DNA of 64,000 nucleotides from Trichoplax adhaerens (Eukaryota > Animalia > Placozoa), in NCBI RefSeq assembly GCF_000150275.1, contig NW_002060943.1, positions 12,042,522 to 12,106,521 of the forward strand, read 5' to 3'. Shown in pieces: positions 39,601 to 52,700 of this stretch. The notes below the pieces were generated by a model that worked only from the letters and a program-made list of their open reading frames with translations, searched no databases and was not told the DNA's origin. Both the position numbers and the translations under genes were made by a program. Positions within the stretch are counted from its first letter, which is position 1, and each line of letters starts with the position of its first letter.

Positions 39601-40579
39601 AATTTAATGTCACCTGCTTTTATACTCTTCGTAGCCTTCGCAGCTACGATCGGCGCAGCAGCATTCTCCTATCTTTTACACATATTCAGCTTATTATTAG
39701 TCATAATGTTTTACAGCGAACCGTCATTAATCAATATAGAAATGATTACAGTATTTTCGTAGATATTATTACTACCGTTCAAAGTGCAATGAATTAAGCA
39801 TATCCTATTACATGATTTACAATTCTATTTCTTCCTCTAACTTTATTAGTAGCTCAATATCTTACTGCATATAGTCATCTGTACCCTAGCATAGAGTCTA
39901 TAATTATAGGCTACTAAATATATCACAAGATAAATATAGAAAAGACACTACCGTACGCCATACTAAACATGGCTAATAGTTTACAATTACAATACTAAGT
40001 AACTTTACATTTCTTATTTAGTTAATATTTGTATCATATGGGAAAAATAACACGTTCGATTCAAAGATTGATTAAAATTCATTGCGGTATATTTTGCTTA
40101 CGTATCAGTAATGTTTGGATTTGAATATGCATCCAATAGATAAATAGCAAATTATTAACACTATTAAGTAGCCATACAATTATTAATTAAAAAAATACTA
40201 TAGAGAATACGCATATGTTTATTTTTAATTGAATGCTATAGAAGATAAAGATATCAGCTGGAGATAGCTAAAAAAATTGATTTACGTTTGCAAACTGCAA
40301 ACCAAAGGTAAACGATGGATCAGAATGGTAAATTGTTAACTTATCTAACATAAGTTTGAGTAAGATTTTATTGGGGCCAATAGATACTGACCATGTATTT
40401 TCATAGCTTTATTGACTGATTATCATGAGATCTTCAAAATTGCGCAACTTGAGAATGTTGTTCAGGTACAATAGTGCAAAGTGATAAAGTAAGTATTAGC
40501 GTAAAGAGCATTTGTATATTTATGGATTTTATTTTATATTATTTAATAAACAGTGCTTTTAATTAGCTTCAAGACGTAC

Positions 40580-42865
40580 CTGAGACCAGAAGGGAAGGCA
40601 TTTTCTTACATTGACTACTTTCTATTTCATTTCCGTTCATATCGTCATTATCGTAAGCAATAACATCTGCAAATGGATAATAGAGATTGTAATTGAGCAA
40701 AACTAAATAATCCCAAGCACTCTATGCAATCAAAGCCTCTTGATATTTTGGTCAATTACTACTTTTATATTCACGCTGTCATTTGAAAACAAATTATCAC
40801 TGACTAGTATGATTAATAAAATAGCTATAGAATTGCAGAATTTTAACATGATACAATTAACAGACTAGATTCGTACAGCATTCTAATTTTTTCAATTCAA
40901 GAATACTTTATTAAGGGTTCTAAAAAAATAATGATTTCAAGTCATTATAATTGCTGAATATCTGCCGGAACTACCAATCTAGACAATTTACTATTGATCA
41001 ATATTTCTTTTATAACTAGTAAGCGGTATTTTAAATAGTTATCATAATTTTCTTAGTAATTATCATTCTCCACAAGATATTTGTTAATATAGAGCATGTA
41101 ATTATTACGCAAACTATAAAATCATCGAATTAATTCAGTACTAATAACTGTAATGGCCGAATTTAGATGGTGCGTTGATATCACATGACAGGACTAACTT
41201 TTTAAAGTTATATTTAAACTAAAAATATAGAACATTTTTAATTTTTAGTTCATTTTTAGTAATGAGTTAAACTGCAAAGATTTAATCATTCTAACTCGAA
41301 AATAGCGAAGATGCAGAGTTCATAACTTAATTTCCAAGCGCTACCTACCCGACACAGCTGTGCTATTGCGATCCGATTCTCGATTAGTTCGTATACTATC
41401 TGTAAACGATACGAAAAGTAAATATTGAATTAATATTAGGGATTCTACGACCATAACTCAACTATATCATGGCATTACCGATGTCTTGATTTTCTTGGCT
41501 AGTATCATCGAGACCGTCATCACTGATTGCGTTGGGCCTTGGGGATATATTAATATTTGCTTCATTTTTTCGGAAAAACTTTTTAAAGACTTTAGTACCC
41601 TTTCTATTCGATTTTTTGATGTTTTCGTAAGCAGATTGCAGATCACGGCGTGCTAATTCAATATTGCTAAAGGTTCCAGAAACGCTTGCATGATTATCGC
41701 CAAATAATGGCAAATTAATGTTTAATGATCTTTCAAACATACAAACGGCCTCATCGTACCGACCTTGTTTATGATAGATAAGTCCTACATTGTTATATGA
41801 TGTAGCAACTTCAGGATGATTATCACCAAAGATCGATAATCGAATTTTAAGGGCTTGATCTAACATAGAAAGAGCCTCACCAAATTTGTTTTGATTGCAG
41901 TATACGACTCCTATGTTGTTATATGATTGAGCAACATCAGAATGGCAATTGCCAAGGACCATAGATCGAATTCTTAGTGAGTTATCGTACATGCAAAGAG
42001 CCTTTCCATAATTGCCTTGGCAGCAGTATACACTTCCAATATTGTTATAAATGGTAGCTATATCCGGGTGATGATCACCAAGCATCGATAGCTGAATATT
42101 GAGTGATTTATCATATAGTAAAAGTGCCTCATCAAGTTTACCTTGGTTCTTATAAACGCTTGCCAAGTTATTGTATGTTGTAGCGACATGGGGATGGTTT
42201 TCACCTACGGCAGATATTCGAATTTTCAGAGATTTATCATACATAGAAAGGGCCTTGTTGTATTTGCCTTGTTTTTTATAAATACTTCCTATGTTATTGT
42301 ATAATGTAGCAGTATCAGAATGATTATCACCAAGGCTTGAAGAGTAAATTTTAAGTGATTTCTCGTAAGCAGATAGAGCGGCAACAAATTTGCCTTGGCT
42401 TTCGTAAACGATTCCGATTTGATTATATGAGTGAGCAATATGTAAACTATTGCTCTCCAGCCATTTCAGTTTTATTTCCAACGATTTTTTATAGTCATCT
42501 AAAGCACCATTTAAATCGGCCTGCAATCTTTTGATGTTACCTTGTCTATCAAGACATCGTGCTTTATTGACTTTCTTCTGTGATGTATTAGCCAGTTGTA
42601 GTCCCATCTGGCTGAATTCGTTTGCTTTGACCCATTCACGCTGGCGTACATAAATATCACAGATATTGAGATTAACATCGTATCGAATTCGATCTATATC
42701 ATTTTCATTATTGGGCGTGGATTTTAGTTCATCGAGTACTTGTTTAAAACAAGAAAGGGCTTCTTGATGTCTGTATTCTTGCTTGTGTTTTTGGCCCATC
42801 TTGCATAAGGAGGTTACATGTTTTTGATTAATAGGCCTTGAAGTTTGATTACGATAAGCAAACAT
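40580..42865 (-). CDS. TPR-repeat protein (42-aa repeats), paralog of the Roco N-terminal exon; at least two exons; 3' end unresolved
   Basis: ORF 41462-42865 with repeated HP.VA..YNN.G.VY..QGK...AL..Y..SL.I units and the shared motif CLDRQGNIKRLQADLNGAL. Phase-1 donor ATC G|GTAATG at 41479/41478. In-frame exon 40666-40580 (ccatttgcag| DVIAYDNDDMNGNEIESSQCKKMPSLLVS |gtacgt). Confidence 0.85.
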
Positions 42866-45800
42866 TTTTCATTTAAAAGGCAGGATACGTAGTTTAAACA
42901 ACTTACGATTAATCTAATCTATTATCTGGTATGGATATTAGAATTAAGAATGATATTAAATTGTTTAATAGTATACGAGATTACTTCAATTTACCAATTA
43001 GAAATTAGAGATTAACCGATGATCTCATATTAGATAGTACTAGTATTGAGTTGAGAAATTATTTGGTATCTACGTAAAATAATGGTTTATAAATAATAAC
43101 GGATCTATCGGTAATGTGGATAATTTTTACATAGTATAAATGAATTTTTTCTATAAAGAAGGCATTGTCGCAGTCTATCATTACTTTACTTTCAAAGTAA
43201 ATGAATTAAACATTAGACTAAAGAGATTCATCCTACTCATTCAAAATATTACAAAGCAATCTATTATTACGGCAATATTTTAAATTCATTGCCTTGAGCT
43301 AATCGTTTGTATTTTCTATATAGTAATAACAAATGCGTTAGTTAGACGCCAGCACCCCTACTATGTGCAAGACAGTAGTCTCTTGAACATGATGAATTTT
43401 TAATAATGAGAGACACAATACAATATATCAATGAATTTAAATAGCAGCATGCTCAATTTATGTAGATGTTCGAATAATGTCGATGCAAAAACGTTATAAA
43501 TACACGATATATTAAAATACTTCAATCAGTAAATGCAGGTGTAAGATGGTTTAGAAAAGTATTCATTCGAATTGACTGCCATCTTATTGCTATTAGGATA
43601 TTCCGAATAGTAATCACTAATTTGCATTATCTATGATCATGATATCATCAATATTATTCATGGGTAAGTTAAAGTAATTTAAGGAAATACATTTAAGAAC
43701 AAATAAGATATAGTGGTTATGTTGCGGTATTACATAACATCATAAGTTAAACAAGTCACAAGATTATGTTTTTAATTTAGCAGTTTTCAACTTTTGTGTG
43801 TAAAAGTATTAAGCCAATAGCAATATAATCCTTCAATACCCCTGATTCGAGCAATTTTTACGTCTATTTATATGAGATTTTATAGCAAGGTAAAGTGGAT
43901 TATATCACTAGTATAGTTAAGTTCAAGTATGTCTGTGTAATCAAGTAAATGACTTAGTATTGAGCATCATTTAATATTTATTATGCAATATATCTAAATA
44001 AATCCGATATAGCTTTGATAAGAAATATTGTAAAAATAGGGTTTGCCTAAAAAATAAAGCACCCAAAAATAGAAGCGGTGAGTAAATGATAAAACCTATA
44101 ATAGATTTGGCTCCTTATAATAGAATACTAGCATAGAATTTAGAATTTAATAATTTATAGTTAATTTTTCAGAGCTGTCTTAAAGTTCATATGCTTCACG
44201 ACTCAGAAATCACGAATTAGAAACCATTATCCAACTATGCAAAAATACTTGGAAATAGTGATTGATTTTAATTAATATTCGATCTGATCAACAGCATAAA
44301 TGTTATCATAAGTAGATTCATGATATAATTGCAAATGAAATGCCATAATAAAAGTTCTTAGATAGTAAAACTGTGACGAAGTTCGTTGACGAGAAAATAA
44401 AAATTTTTTCTCCGATTTGGTGCCATTTACACAAATATATTAAATTTAAATTTGCTTCTTGATTTATTACTACCATGAAAAGTTTAGAAAATACTTAATT
44501 CCTATCTGTTGTACTTATAAGAATAATAATGTCAGTATAGAAAAATGATGTTAATTAGAATTCCAGTGACACAAGTTCTAGTATATAGTCTTAGCAAATA
44601 GTAAATAATAGATATCAAATTTCCTCTTTATATTTCAATCATTCCCAAAAAAGTAAGTTATTTCCTTTTGCTGATTATTGCTTTTTAGCTGCCTTTCTTT
44701 CGATTCAATCGGCACTGGCAATGTTTTTCACTGCAGTCATCAATTGAATTGCTATAATCAGTTGCCTTAAGGTGCATATAGGAAGGGAGGTCCACGCAAC
44801 TAATTTCCACAAACCAATAGAAGTGCTACTGTAGTGCACTAGAAAGAAATGAATTACAACACCGCATATAAGTGGCGCAATCAATCATTCTAATTAAAAT
44901 AGAGTACCTAGTTAATAAAATTTTATGCAATATCAAAATAGTATTTGTTTTATACACAGTTTCACAAATAGTCTGTGAAAGATTGTACGAGTGTATTAGC
45001 TCACTAAATTATTTTGTTTAACTAGAATCACAGATAGCAAGAATATATCAGATATTTACGTATTTACTTTTAATGTAAATATTTTCATGAAATGCTTCAC
45101 CTAAAGGACCTTGATCAAAATACAGCAAATACAGCATTACAAAAAATAGTCATTGCCGGCACACATTAAGGAAAGGAATGGCTAATGGTAAAATTACAAT
45201 TTAGTATATAGAGATGCAAATTTAAAATTATCGCGATTTTCCTAAAACCTACCGCAGATGTGTAATAAAGTCTTAATATGGCATTAGTGGCTAAATTCAT
45301 ATTCTTATTAAACTCTATAATTTAGGCAACGTAGAGCTGTAATACCTAGTCAACCCCTCGGTTTATTTCGTGATGATGACATGCAACAAATTATCTCTGA
45401 CGGCTAATGTAGAATCATTCATTCAGGTAGAAAATACGCACAACCTATTGATTTTTAATCTTTTTTTATTACGGCTACCTACCGATTAAATTTGGCACTA
45501 ATAAGAATATACTTTCCTCCGCGGTAATCTTAGATATGGATTAGTACTACCAAGAACTTTACCCGAAGTTGGTTTAATGTTTTACCATTGATTGATCAGT
45601 TTTGTAATATTGGATAGAACAACTTCTCTTTTATGAGTTATGCAACACCAATGCAACCGCTTACGTATATAAACAAATCGAATTCCCAGGGGTTTATTGC
45701 CCTTATACGTGTATAATCGTAAGAAAACGTTAATCAATTTCAGATGTTTCAGAATGTTTCCTAGAATGATTATGCATCGTTGTGAGAATCAATGATGTAA

Positions 45801-45880
45801 GATCGCGTCGTTTTGCACACACTACTGATACATGTTGTGATAAAATAGTATTAAGGTTAGAGCTGATTTATCTTACTACC

Positions 45881-46173
45881 ACAGCTACCCTTGCGACACA
45901 AGAAAACAACACAGTACTTATAATAACTTTACTTTAGTTCGCAGGACTACTTTCCTAGCCTACGGTGTAGTAACTGGAATCATCGCGAAGTACTAACTCG
46001 CTCAATACAATATACGATATAAAACTATCACCCAACTTAGCCTTAACCTGAATCACTTTTTTTTACTAACAATAACAATTCCTAAAGTAGTGGTTCATAC
46101 TTCTAAAAAGTTCAAAACAGAATGTTATCATAAACTACACATCCATATCTAGGTTATTTTGATGGCCGTGACA
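45881..46173 (-). repeat. Dispersed repeat copy 3 (same orientation as 9221-9758), with ~250 bp internal deletion
   Basis: Matches 9221-9400, then jumps near 46060 to the equivalent of ~9649-9758. Same gtgaca end. Confidence 0.9.
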
Positions 46174-46889
46174 CTTACTAATAGCCTGAATTCCATATTA
46201 ATTCCCTTAAAAAAGCTCTTGCTATAAATTGTAATATTACATGCACATTAATTGCAGGCTTAAATGATCATTTTAAAGCTCCTGCAGCGTGATGATACGG
46301 CATGAAATAATAGATAACGTGAAACTGTATGCAATCCCATTGACGACGTACTTTGTAGTAAGCAGTATAAAAGTTGTTCTAGTTAACATAAAAACTATGA
46401 GAATGCAATTATTTTAGCTAGAAAATAGACACAATATGATTGTCACAAACTTATGTTGCGATCTACTACACTAAACTAATAGGTTACTTATGCCTTGCTC
46501 CACTACTCCTGGAGTTCTACTGTATGGTAGTTCTATACTATTTACGGTCACATAGGGATAAGACTGTTCTACAAGATTAGTATAGTTTTTATTAATAGAG
46601 TAGCCGAGTACCTTCTCGTACACGATCTAATAAAGAAATCGGGAACTGAGCATTCGCTCGTCCTTTTATACCCTTCCATTAAATTTGTGGTGCGCACATA
46701 GTAACTTGACAATATAAGATTTACATGATTTGTACAGCATTCATCAGGACAACAGTCAAAAAAGCATTAGATTGAATAACATACTAAAAAGAAACAACTT
46801 AGTCCGAAATACGGTAATTTTACTTAGATTATTGGGCTTTAGCCGGGCATTATGCATAATGGCAGATATTGGGTTTTGGCTATAACCGT

Positions 46890-46975
46890 TGTACTGTCAA
46901 TATGGCTATAAGTGGTCAATCGGTAATGCAAATAAGAAGAAAGAAAATGCTTCATTTTTTGTTGTTCATCTACTT
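46890..46975 (+). pseudogene. Small remnant of a class A GPCR (end of TM6 / ECL3 / start of TM7)
   Basis: atggctataagtggtcaatcggtaatgcaa (MAISGQSVMQIRRKKMLHFLLF) matches 11482 onward of the 10714 GPCR (MAISGQSLMQLRQQSIFLFLL). Confidence 0.75.
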
Positions 46976-48123
46976 GCCGAAATTCCTTTTTTCCCAGTTA
47001 CAGTTTAAAAATTTGGGTCTTTGGCTTGCGGGGTACGTGGTATCAATTGAGAAACTTTCATGCTGAGAGATCCTTGCTCTTTTCAATTGTAAGATTGAAC
47101 GTGAAATTTGTTCAGTAAAGTTCGGGACTTTGGCAAATGTTCTTGGAAAAATTTTACTTCAAACCGTGTTACAACAAAATAGCATTTCGAAGACAGTTTC
47201 TTAATCGCTACCGTACGATCCTAATATTGAAATATGTCATAATTCTAATTCTTTATGAAAAGGGATAAGTACTTTTAAATAGCTAACAAGTGTTTTTTTT
47301 AAGAGAATATGGAAGGCATAAAGTCAAAGCTGAATGACTGAAGATAAATAAGTTAATTGTTCATCATCATTATATTCGTATTCCGATCCATAATTATACT
47401 GTACAGTATTTGACGAGTCAGTATATTTAGCCGTTAATTGCTTAATGCTTTTACCAATTAAACTCATCTTAAGATTAAAAAGTTACAGTTTATGTATTTC
47501 TGTAGCAATGATGATATGATTATCTTGTGCTTAATAGAGTCTAGTTGTTTGAGGATAATCTTTAGGAACAACAATACTAAGCTATATAAATTGAATATGA
47601 AGAGACCCAATTGTCCATTTCTTTTTTTGTAAAGTCGTTCTTGATTCTAAGTCTAAAATTAGTCTAGGATTAATAAATTTGTGTAGCTATCACGGGATAT
47701 GATTTTATCAAGAACAAATGTTGTACGTCTTCTTAGTTGGTTTCATTCTTGTAATAATGCGGGATTTTGAAGGTTTAGCTGCCGTACTTTCCATTTCACT
47801 CGGTTCTATAGTTAACTTCCGGTCACTTCCACAAATTTGCATAAATTGATTATATCGCGGACAGAAACATCCAATCTTCAGAAGTAAGGTTTTGCTTTAG
47901 GGAAAGAATGTAAAGCATATCGTTCATAACTTTAAAAATTTTTTTTAATAACTGATAAATAGCCTGATTAAGTAATTGATGCCCTACTTGTTAGTTTCGG
48001 CTGCATTTCGCTATTTTCGTTAAATCTATACTCTGTACGACAGTAGTTTTATAATTTATTGCTATCTGATATCTAATGGTGATTATTCTAGCACTATTAC
48101 GATCCACGCTTACCTTTATGACT

Positions 48124-49770
48124 TTATTGACAGATATCATTATCAAGTCTAGGGCAAATGCTGTTATTGTCCGATGGTTTATTTATTTCCGTATCATTTC
48201 TTTTAAATAACCAAACTAGGTTGTTAAGCGCTCTTCTTGTTGTCGCTTTAGCCTGACTATACCAAGATTGTTGAGCTAAACGTACATCATTGATGTAATT
48301 TTTCGTAAATATTGCATCGGATAGGCCATTGCTAATATGAGTAAGTGATACTTGAATTGTCAGAGCATTCTCAAACATAGAAATGGCCTCATTATACAGA
48401 CACTGATGATAGTAAACCAGTCCGATGTTATTGTACGCTTGTGCAATTTCGAGATGGTTATCGCCGAGGACTGATCGTTTAATTTGAAGTAGCTTTTTAA
48501 ACACATCAACAGCTCGATCATACTGTCTTAAATTATATCGGATAATTCCAATCTTGTCGTATAGATTTGCGATATCAAGATGATAAAAATTAAGAACCAT
48601 CAATCGGATGTTCAAAGCATCATGAAACATAGAAAGGGCCTTATTATTTTGACCTTGAGTAAGATATACATTTCCCATATGATAAAATGTATTTGCATCG
48701 TGAAGGTTCTCCAAACTATTAATTGACCAATGCCTGATACTGCTCGCTGTCTCATGGCTAGAAAGAGCCATATCATAATTTCCCAAATTACGGTAGACAA
48801 TTCCAAGACAGTCATATGAATTAGCAACGTGAGGATTATAACAGTCAAGAGCCAGTGAGCGAATTTTAAGCGCTATTTTATGCATAGACAGAGCTTTGTT
48901 ATACTTACCTTGATCATCATATACATTTCCCATTTTACTATATAAATAGGCGACATCAGGATGGTCATTATCAAGAAATAATAACTTGGCATTAAGTGAT
49001 TTTTCGTACATCGCTAGAGCTTCATCATATCTCTTTAATCTATAATAGATCTTACCAATGTTGATATAGATGAAAGATTGTTTAATATCCGGATAATTAT
49101 CATCGAGTAGCAATAAATAGATTTCAAGCGACTTTTCAAACAATTCAAGAGCCTTATCGTCTTTTCCTTGTGTCTTCTTGACTACGGCTAAGTTGTAATA
49201 AGATTGTGCAACATCCGTATGTTGATCATCAAGGATTGATAATCGAATTTGAAGAGATTTATTATAGTTAGAGACAGCATCTTCATATCTACCTTGTTTG
49301 AAATTAACAAGTCCAATTTGATTGTATGAATGGCTAATATCGAACTTTAAATTTTCACTTTCTGCCGATTTGATATTCAAACGTATGTCTAGCGATTCAT
49401 TATAGCAACGGAATGCACCTCTTAGAGAACCTTTTAATAATAATATCTCACCTATTCTGTCTATACTTTGTGCTGTTTTGACATAATCTTGTAGTCTATT
49501 AGCCATTTCTTCTGCCTTATTACCAAATTCATAAGCCTTATCCCATTCCCCAGTTTTTATATAAATATCACAAATGTGAAGGTAAATATTAAATTTTAAA
49601 CGATTAATATCCGCTGAATAATAAGCGATTAACTCGGCTTCATAGAGAGCCTGCACATAATAGCGTAGTGCTTCCTTGAAATTGCAAAGCTTGTCGTGAT
49701 GTTGTCCTGATTCATACTGGGATTGTATTTGTTGAGGAATAATCGGCTTGACGGAATTATTGATATCCAT
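48124..49770 (-). CDS. TPR-repeat protein (42-aa repeats), paralog of the other TPR loci; first ATG at 49770; probably truncated by a late nonsense change
   Basis: ORF 48124-49839 (the track uses a TTG start; ATG MDINNSVKP is at 49770). Repeated TPR units and the shared N-terminal region. TAA at 48126-48124 lies just upstream of an in-frame phase-1 donor AAA G|GTAAGC (48114/48113). Confidence 0.87.
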   Translation of the reverse strand: MDINNSVKPIIPQQIQSQYESGQHHDKLCNFKEALRYYVQALYEAELIAYYSADINRLKFNIYLHICDIYIKTGEWDKAYEFGNKAEEMANRLQDYVKTAQSIDRIGEILLLKGSLRGAFRCYNESLDIRLNIKSAESENLKFDISHSYNQIGLVNFKQGRYEDAVSNYNKSLQIRLSILDDQHTDVAQSYYNLAVVKKTQGKDDKALELFEKSLEIYLLLLDDNYPDIKQSFIYINIGKIYYRLKRYDEALAMYEKSLNAKLLFLDNDHPDVAYLYSKMGNVYDDQGKYNKALSMHKIALKIRSLALDCYNPHVANSYDCLGIVYRNLGNYDMALSSHETASSIRHWSINSLENLHDANTFYHMGNVYLTQGQNNKALSMFHDALNIRLMVLNFYHLDIANLYDKIGIIRYNLRQYDRAVDVFKKLLQIKRSVLGDNHLEIAQAYNNIGLVYYHQCLYNEAISMFENALTIQVSLTHISNGLSDAIFTKNYINDVRLAQQSWYSQAKATTRRALNNLVWLFKRNDTEINKPSDNNSICPRLDNDICQ

Positions 49771-52117
49771 TTTTTTTCTAAAATAGCTGCTATCAGTCGA
49801 TGATTTGCTGGACCACTTGCTCTTAGAAAGCAAATTCAAATTTCATGTCGGAAAAATTACTTGTAATAATGGGACGGCGAAATTATGACGTCTTCTATCA
49901 AAATCATTTCTACAGCTTCAGCTTTGATTAACGATTTAGATATGACTACGTGATTTTATAATTTGATATTTACATTATTCAATGCGATATTAGCTTTTTG
50001 TCTTTTTGCTGTACAAGAAAAAGTTCAATTTTTAAATCGAGAAATTCATTAGATTACACTCTCTGCTACCTTTTGAAATTTGTAACTTATTTCACAAGTA
50101 CCGTATTCATTATATCGATGATGTATTTCTTGTGTGCCATCCTTTATACCGAACTAAATAGTATTGTAACTTGTGAATAACAACTTTTATTCTATTCAAT
50201 ATTTTTGTCATAGACATAAGTCTGTAAAAATTATCATTTCTCTTTTCCTAGTAAAGGCTACATTTTTCTTTGATAGTTGATATACGGTAGTTGATGATTT
50301 ATCACCTTTGACATCAATCTACATTATTACGTGCCTTTTCAAACACGACGATCATAAACTAAAAGATTACATACTATTGAAGAATAATAAGGTCCACCAT
50401 TTTATATTTTGTCGCATATTATAATAATTACTCGTCAAGAATTATCATGACATTAACATAAATTAGCGTTTTGAATTTAGCCTAGAGCAACATCTTTTAA
50501 GTCTAGATAAGCCAATAATAAAGTCTTCAGGGCTTTCAGTAAATAATGCTTTGCTTAGATAAAAGTAATGACTAATATCAATTGATTATCAGCACAATTC
50601 TTCTATTTTGTGTTTTTGTTAATACGCGTAAATAGTATACATTTAATGTTTGCTTTTATTCAATTTGAGAAAGACTATTTCAATATATTCATGATACAAT
50701 TACTATTGGCGATCTTTATACTGGACGTAAAATGATGTAACCATTTTCCAGAATAAAAACTTTATTCATTGAATATAAAGACTGACAAATCATTAGCCCA
50801 CATTCTATTTCCCATACCTAACAAAAAATTTTATTGTAGTGACGTGAGTTTAGTACTTAAGTTAAATTCTTAATTAAGTATAGAATTACTAATATACGCT
50901 ACCGTAGGCTATGATACTTGCGTAGATTAATGCGATTAGTCGCTCTTGCCCGGTAAAATATGGTAATTCAATGCCCGTGCTTAACGTGTGGAAGCGTGAT
51001 AATGTTACTTAATACCGTTACTAGATAGGTCATGCGCTAGGATTTATAAGCTTATGCAATGAATAGATCGAGAGTTCTTCTTGTTCATAGTTGGTTGTAA
51101 ATACAGTTACGGTTGGTTTCTATTGTAATAAAACTTAATTCGTGGTTTAAATCCAGTTAGACTGATTTATTGTGGCCCTTAAAAATCGACTAATTACAGT
51201 GATTTTGTTATGTCATTGCAATAAATCTGTTCTTTCTAATTTCCAATATTTCTAATCCAAAACGATTTGTAGTCAACAGTTTATTACGGGGTTCTCGTTA
51301 ACGAAAGTCTTCTATTACAAGCTATAATCTCAAGTACGAAAAACAATCTCTAATGAGTCACCTTGATTACTTATATCTTAGCCTGTTTACAATCCGAAGA
51401 TCATAAACAGGAATAACTGAATAACATCTATTAACCTCTAGACTAAGTATAAGAACGAAATTATATGATTACTGTAGTTATATACGAAACTTAAACTGAA
51501 ACATCCTTTGTACTAACAACAAGACCGTACTTGTTATTGCTAGCTCTACAAGTTGTCAACAGTATTATAATCTACACAATAACACAATATCATTACAATT
51601 ACATCTGCCAATCTAAAGTTCCCCAGCTAAGCTTGTTGGTATATCCTAGTATACACAATATTAAAAAAAATTTAGCACAGTTTATCGTTCATATTTCTCA
51701 CAACAGAACATAGATAATAAGCTGTAAGAGCCGAAACGAATGCTGAAGGCATTAAAATATGTAGTGGTAAACTAGTTTTGGTTAGATGATCTTAGCCTAA
51801 TTAATCTCTCCTTCTATCTTCATACCACAGTCGACATAAACACTATCGATTTTTATATCCCTTTATCCGTAGCATGGGCATATTAATTGTACAATACTTC
51901 CTTTCTCTTTTATATCCGTTTGATAGCAAAAATTTTTTTAATATTGCGGGATAATACAGTTTAGAATGAAGTAGCTGCATTGAAGCTCATTAGGTTTACT
52001 TCAATTATCTACGTAGAAAATATGACAAAATATCATCTATGCCGAAAGCGGAATCATACTGCTAAAATTAGGTCTTTAATATGTTAATGATTTAGATATA
52101 ATGAAAGAAAATCTTAT

Positions 52118-52700
52118 CTAATTATTAGTATCTTTAATGTTTCTAGTAGATGGCATTTGCACTATACGATTACGCCGTATGTATCTCCATATTTGAAGTT
52201 GCTTTAGCAATATTAATGACCTCGTTCTGATATTTTTATCGAATTTCAAGTATATTAATAGATTCAGGATAACAATTGATGTTATCGTAGTCAATGAATA
52301 AGCAACCGAAACAAAGTAAACAATATTCCTTTGCCTAATTTTCATCAAGGATTGGTCAGTTATAGCTATTCCTATGTTACTAGCAAAATATGGCCAAGTC
52401 AGTGGGGTGTATGAGATTGAAATACTCACTAAAACTCTGATAAGTCGTTTCTTTTTAGCAAGTTGCTCCCTCCATTGCGTTTCTAGTTGGTGTCCTGGTG
52501 ATTTATGGGACTTTAGATAGACGATACTTTTATAATAGATCATACATAGAGAAACTGATGGTATTATAAATGAAAAAATAGCATGTACAATCAGATATAC
52601 CGAAGCTGATGGTGTAAAATCAGGTACATCACATAATAAAGGATCTTGTTCATGAACTGAGATATACTTAAACAAATCCTGATGATATAACTAATCAGAT
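52118..52700 (-). pseudogene. 5'-truncated class A GPCR pseudogene (ECL2 to C-terminus)
   Basis: ORF 52118-52675 aligns with the second half of the local GPCRs (SVHEQDPLLCD, FIIP, TWPYF, NLLIYLKFD). No ATG; the TM4 Trp appears as TGA just upstream; TM1-TM3 not found; NPxxY proline lost. Confidence 0.82.

Noticed and set aside
48612-48848. ORF nested in the TPR gene, and likewise 11645-11848 and 36599-36796
   Set aside because: Alternative-frame or antisense shadows of real CDSs with no domain signal.
1979-51713. Remaining short ORFs of 60-115 aa (e.g. 1979, 3426, 10098, 13856, 17260, 17301, 24735, 27067, 29645, 29692, 32168, 49998, 51531)
   Set aside because: No recognisable motifs or splice context; expected by chance in AT-rich DNA, or they overlap decayed repeats.
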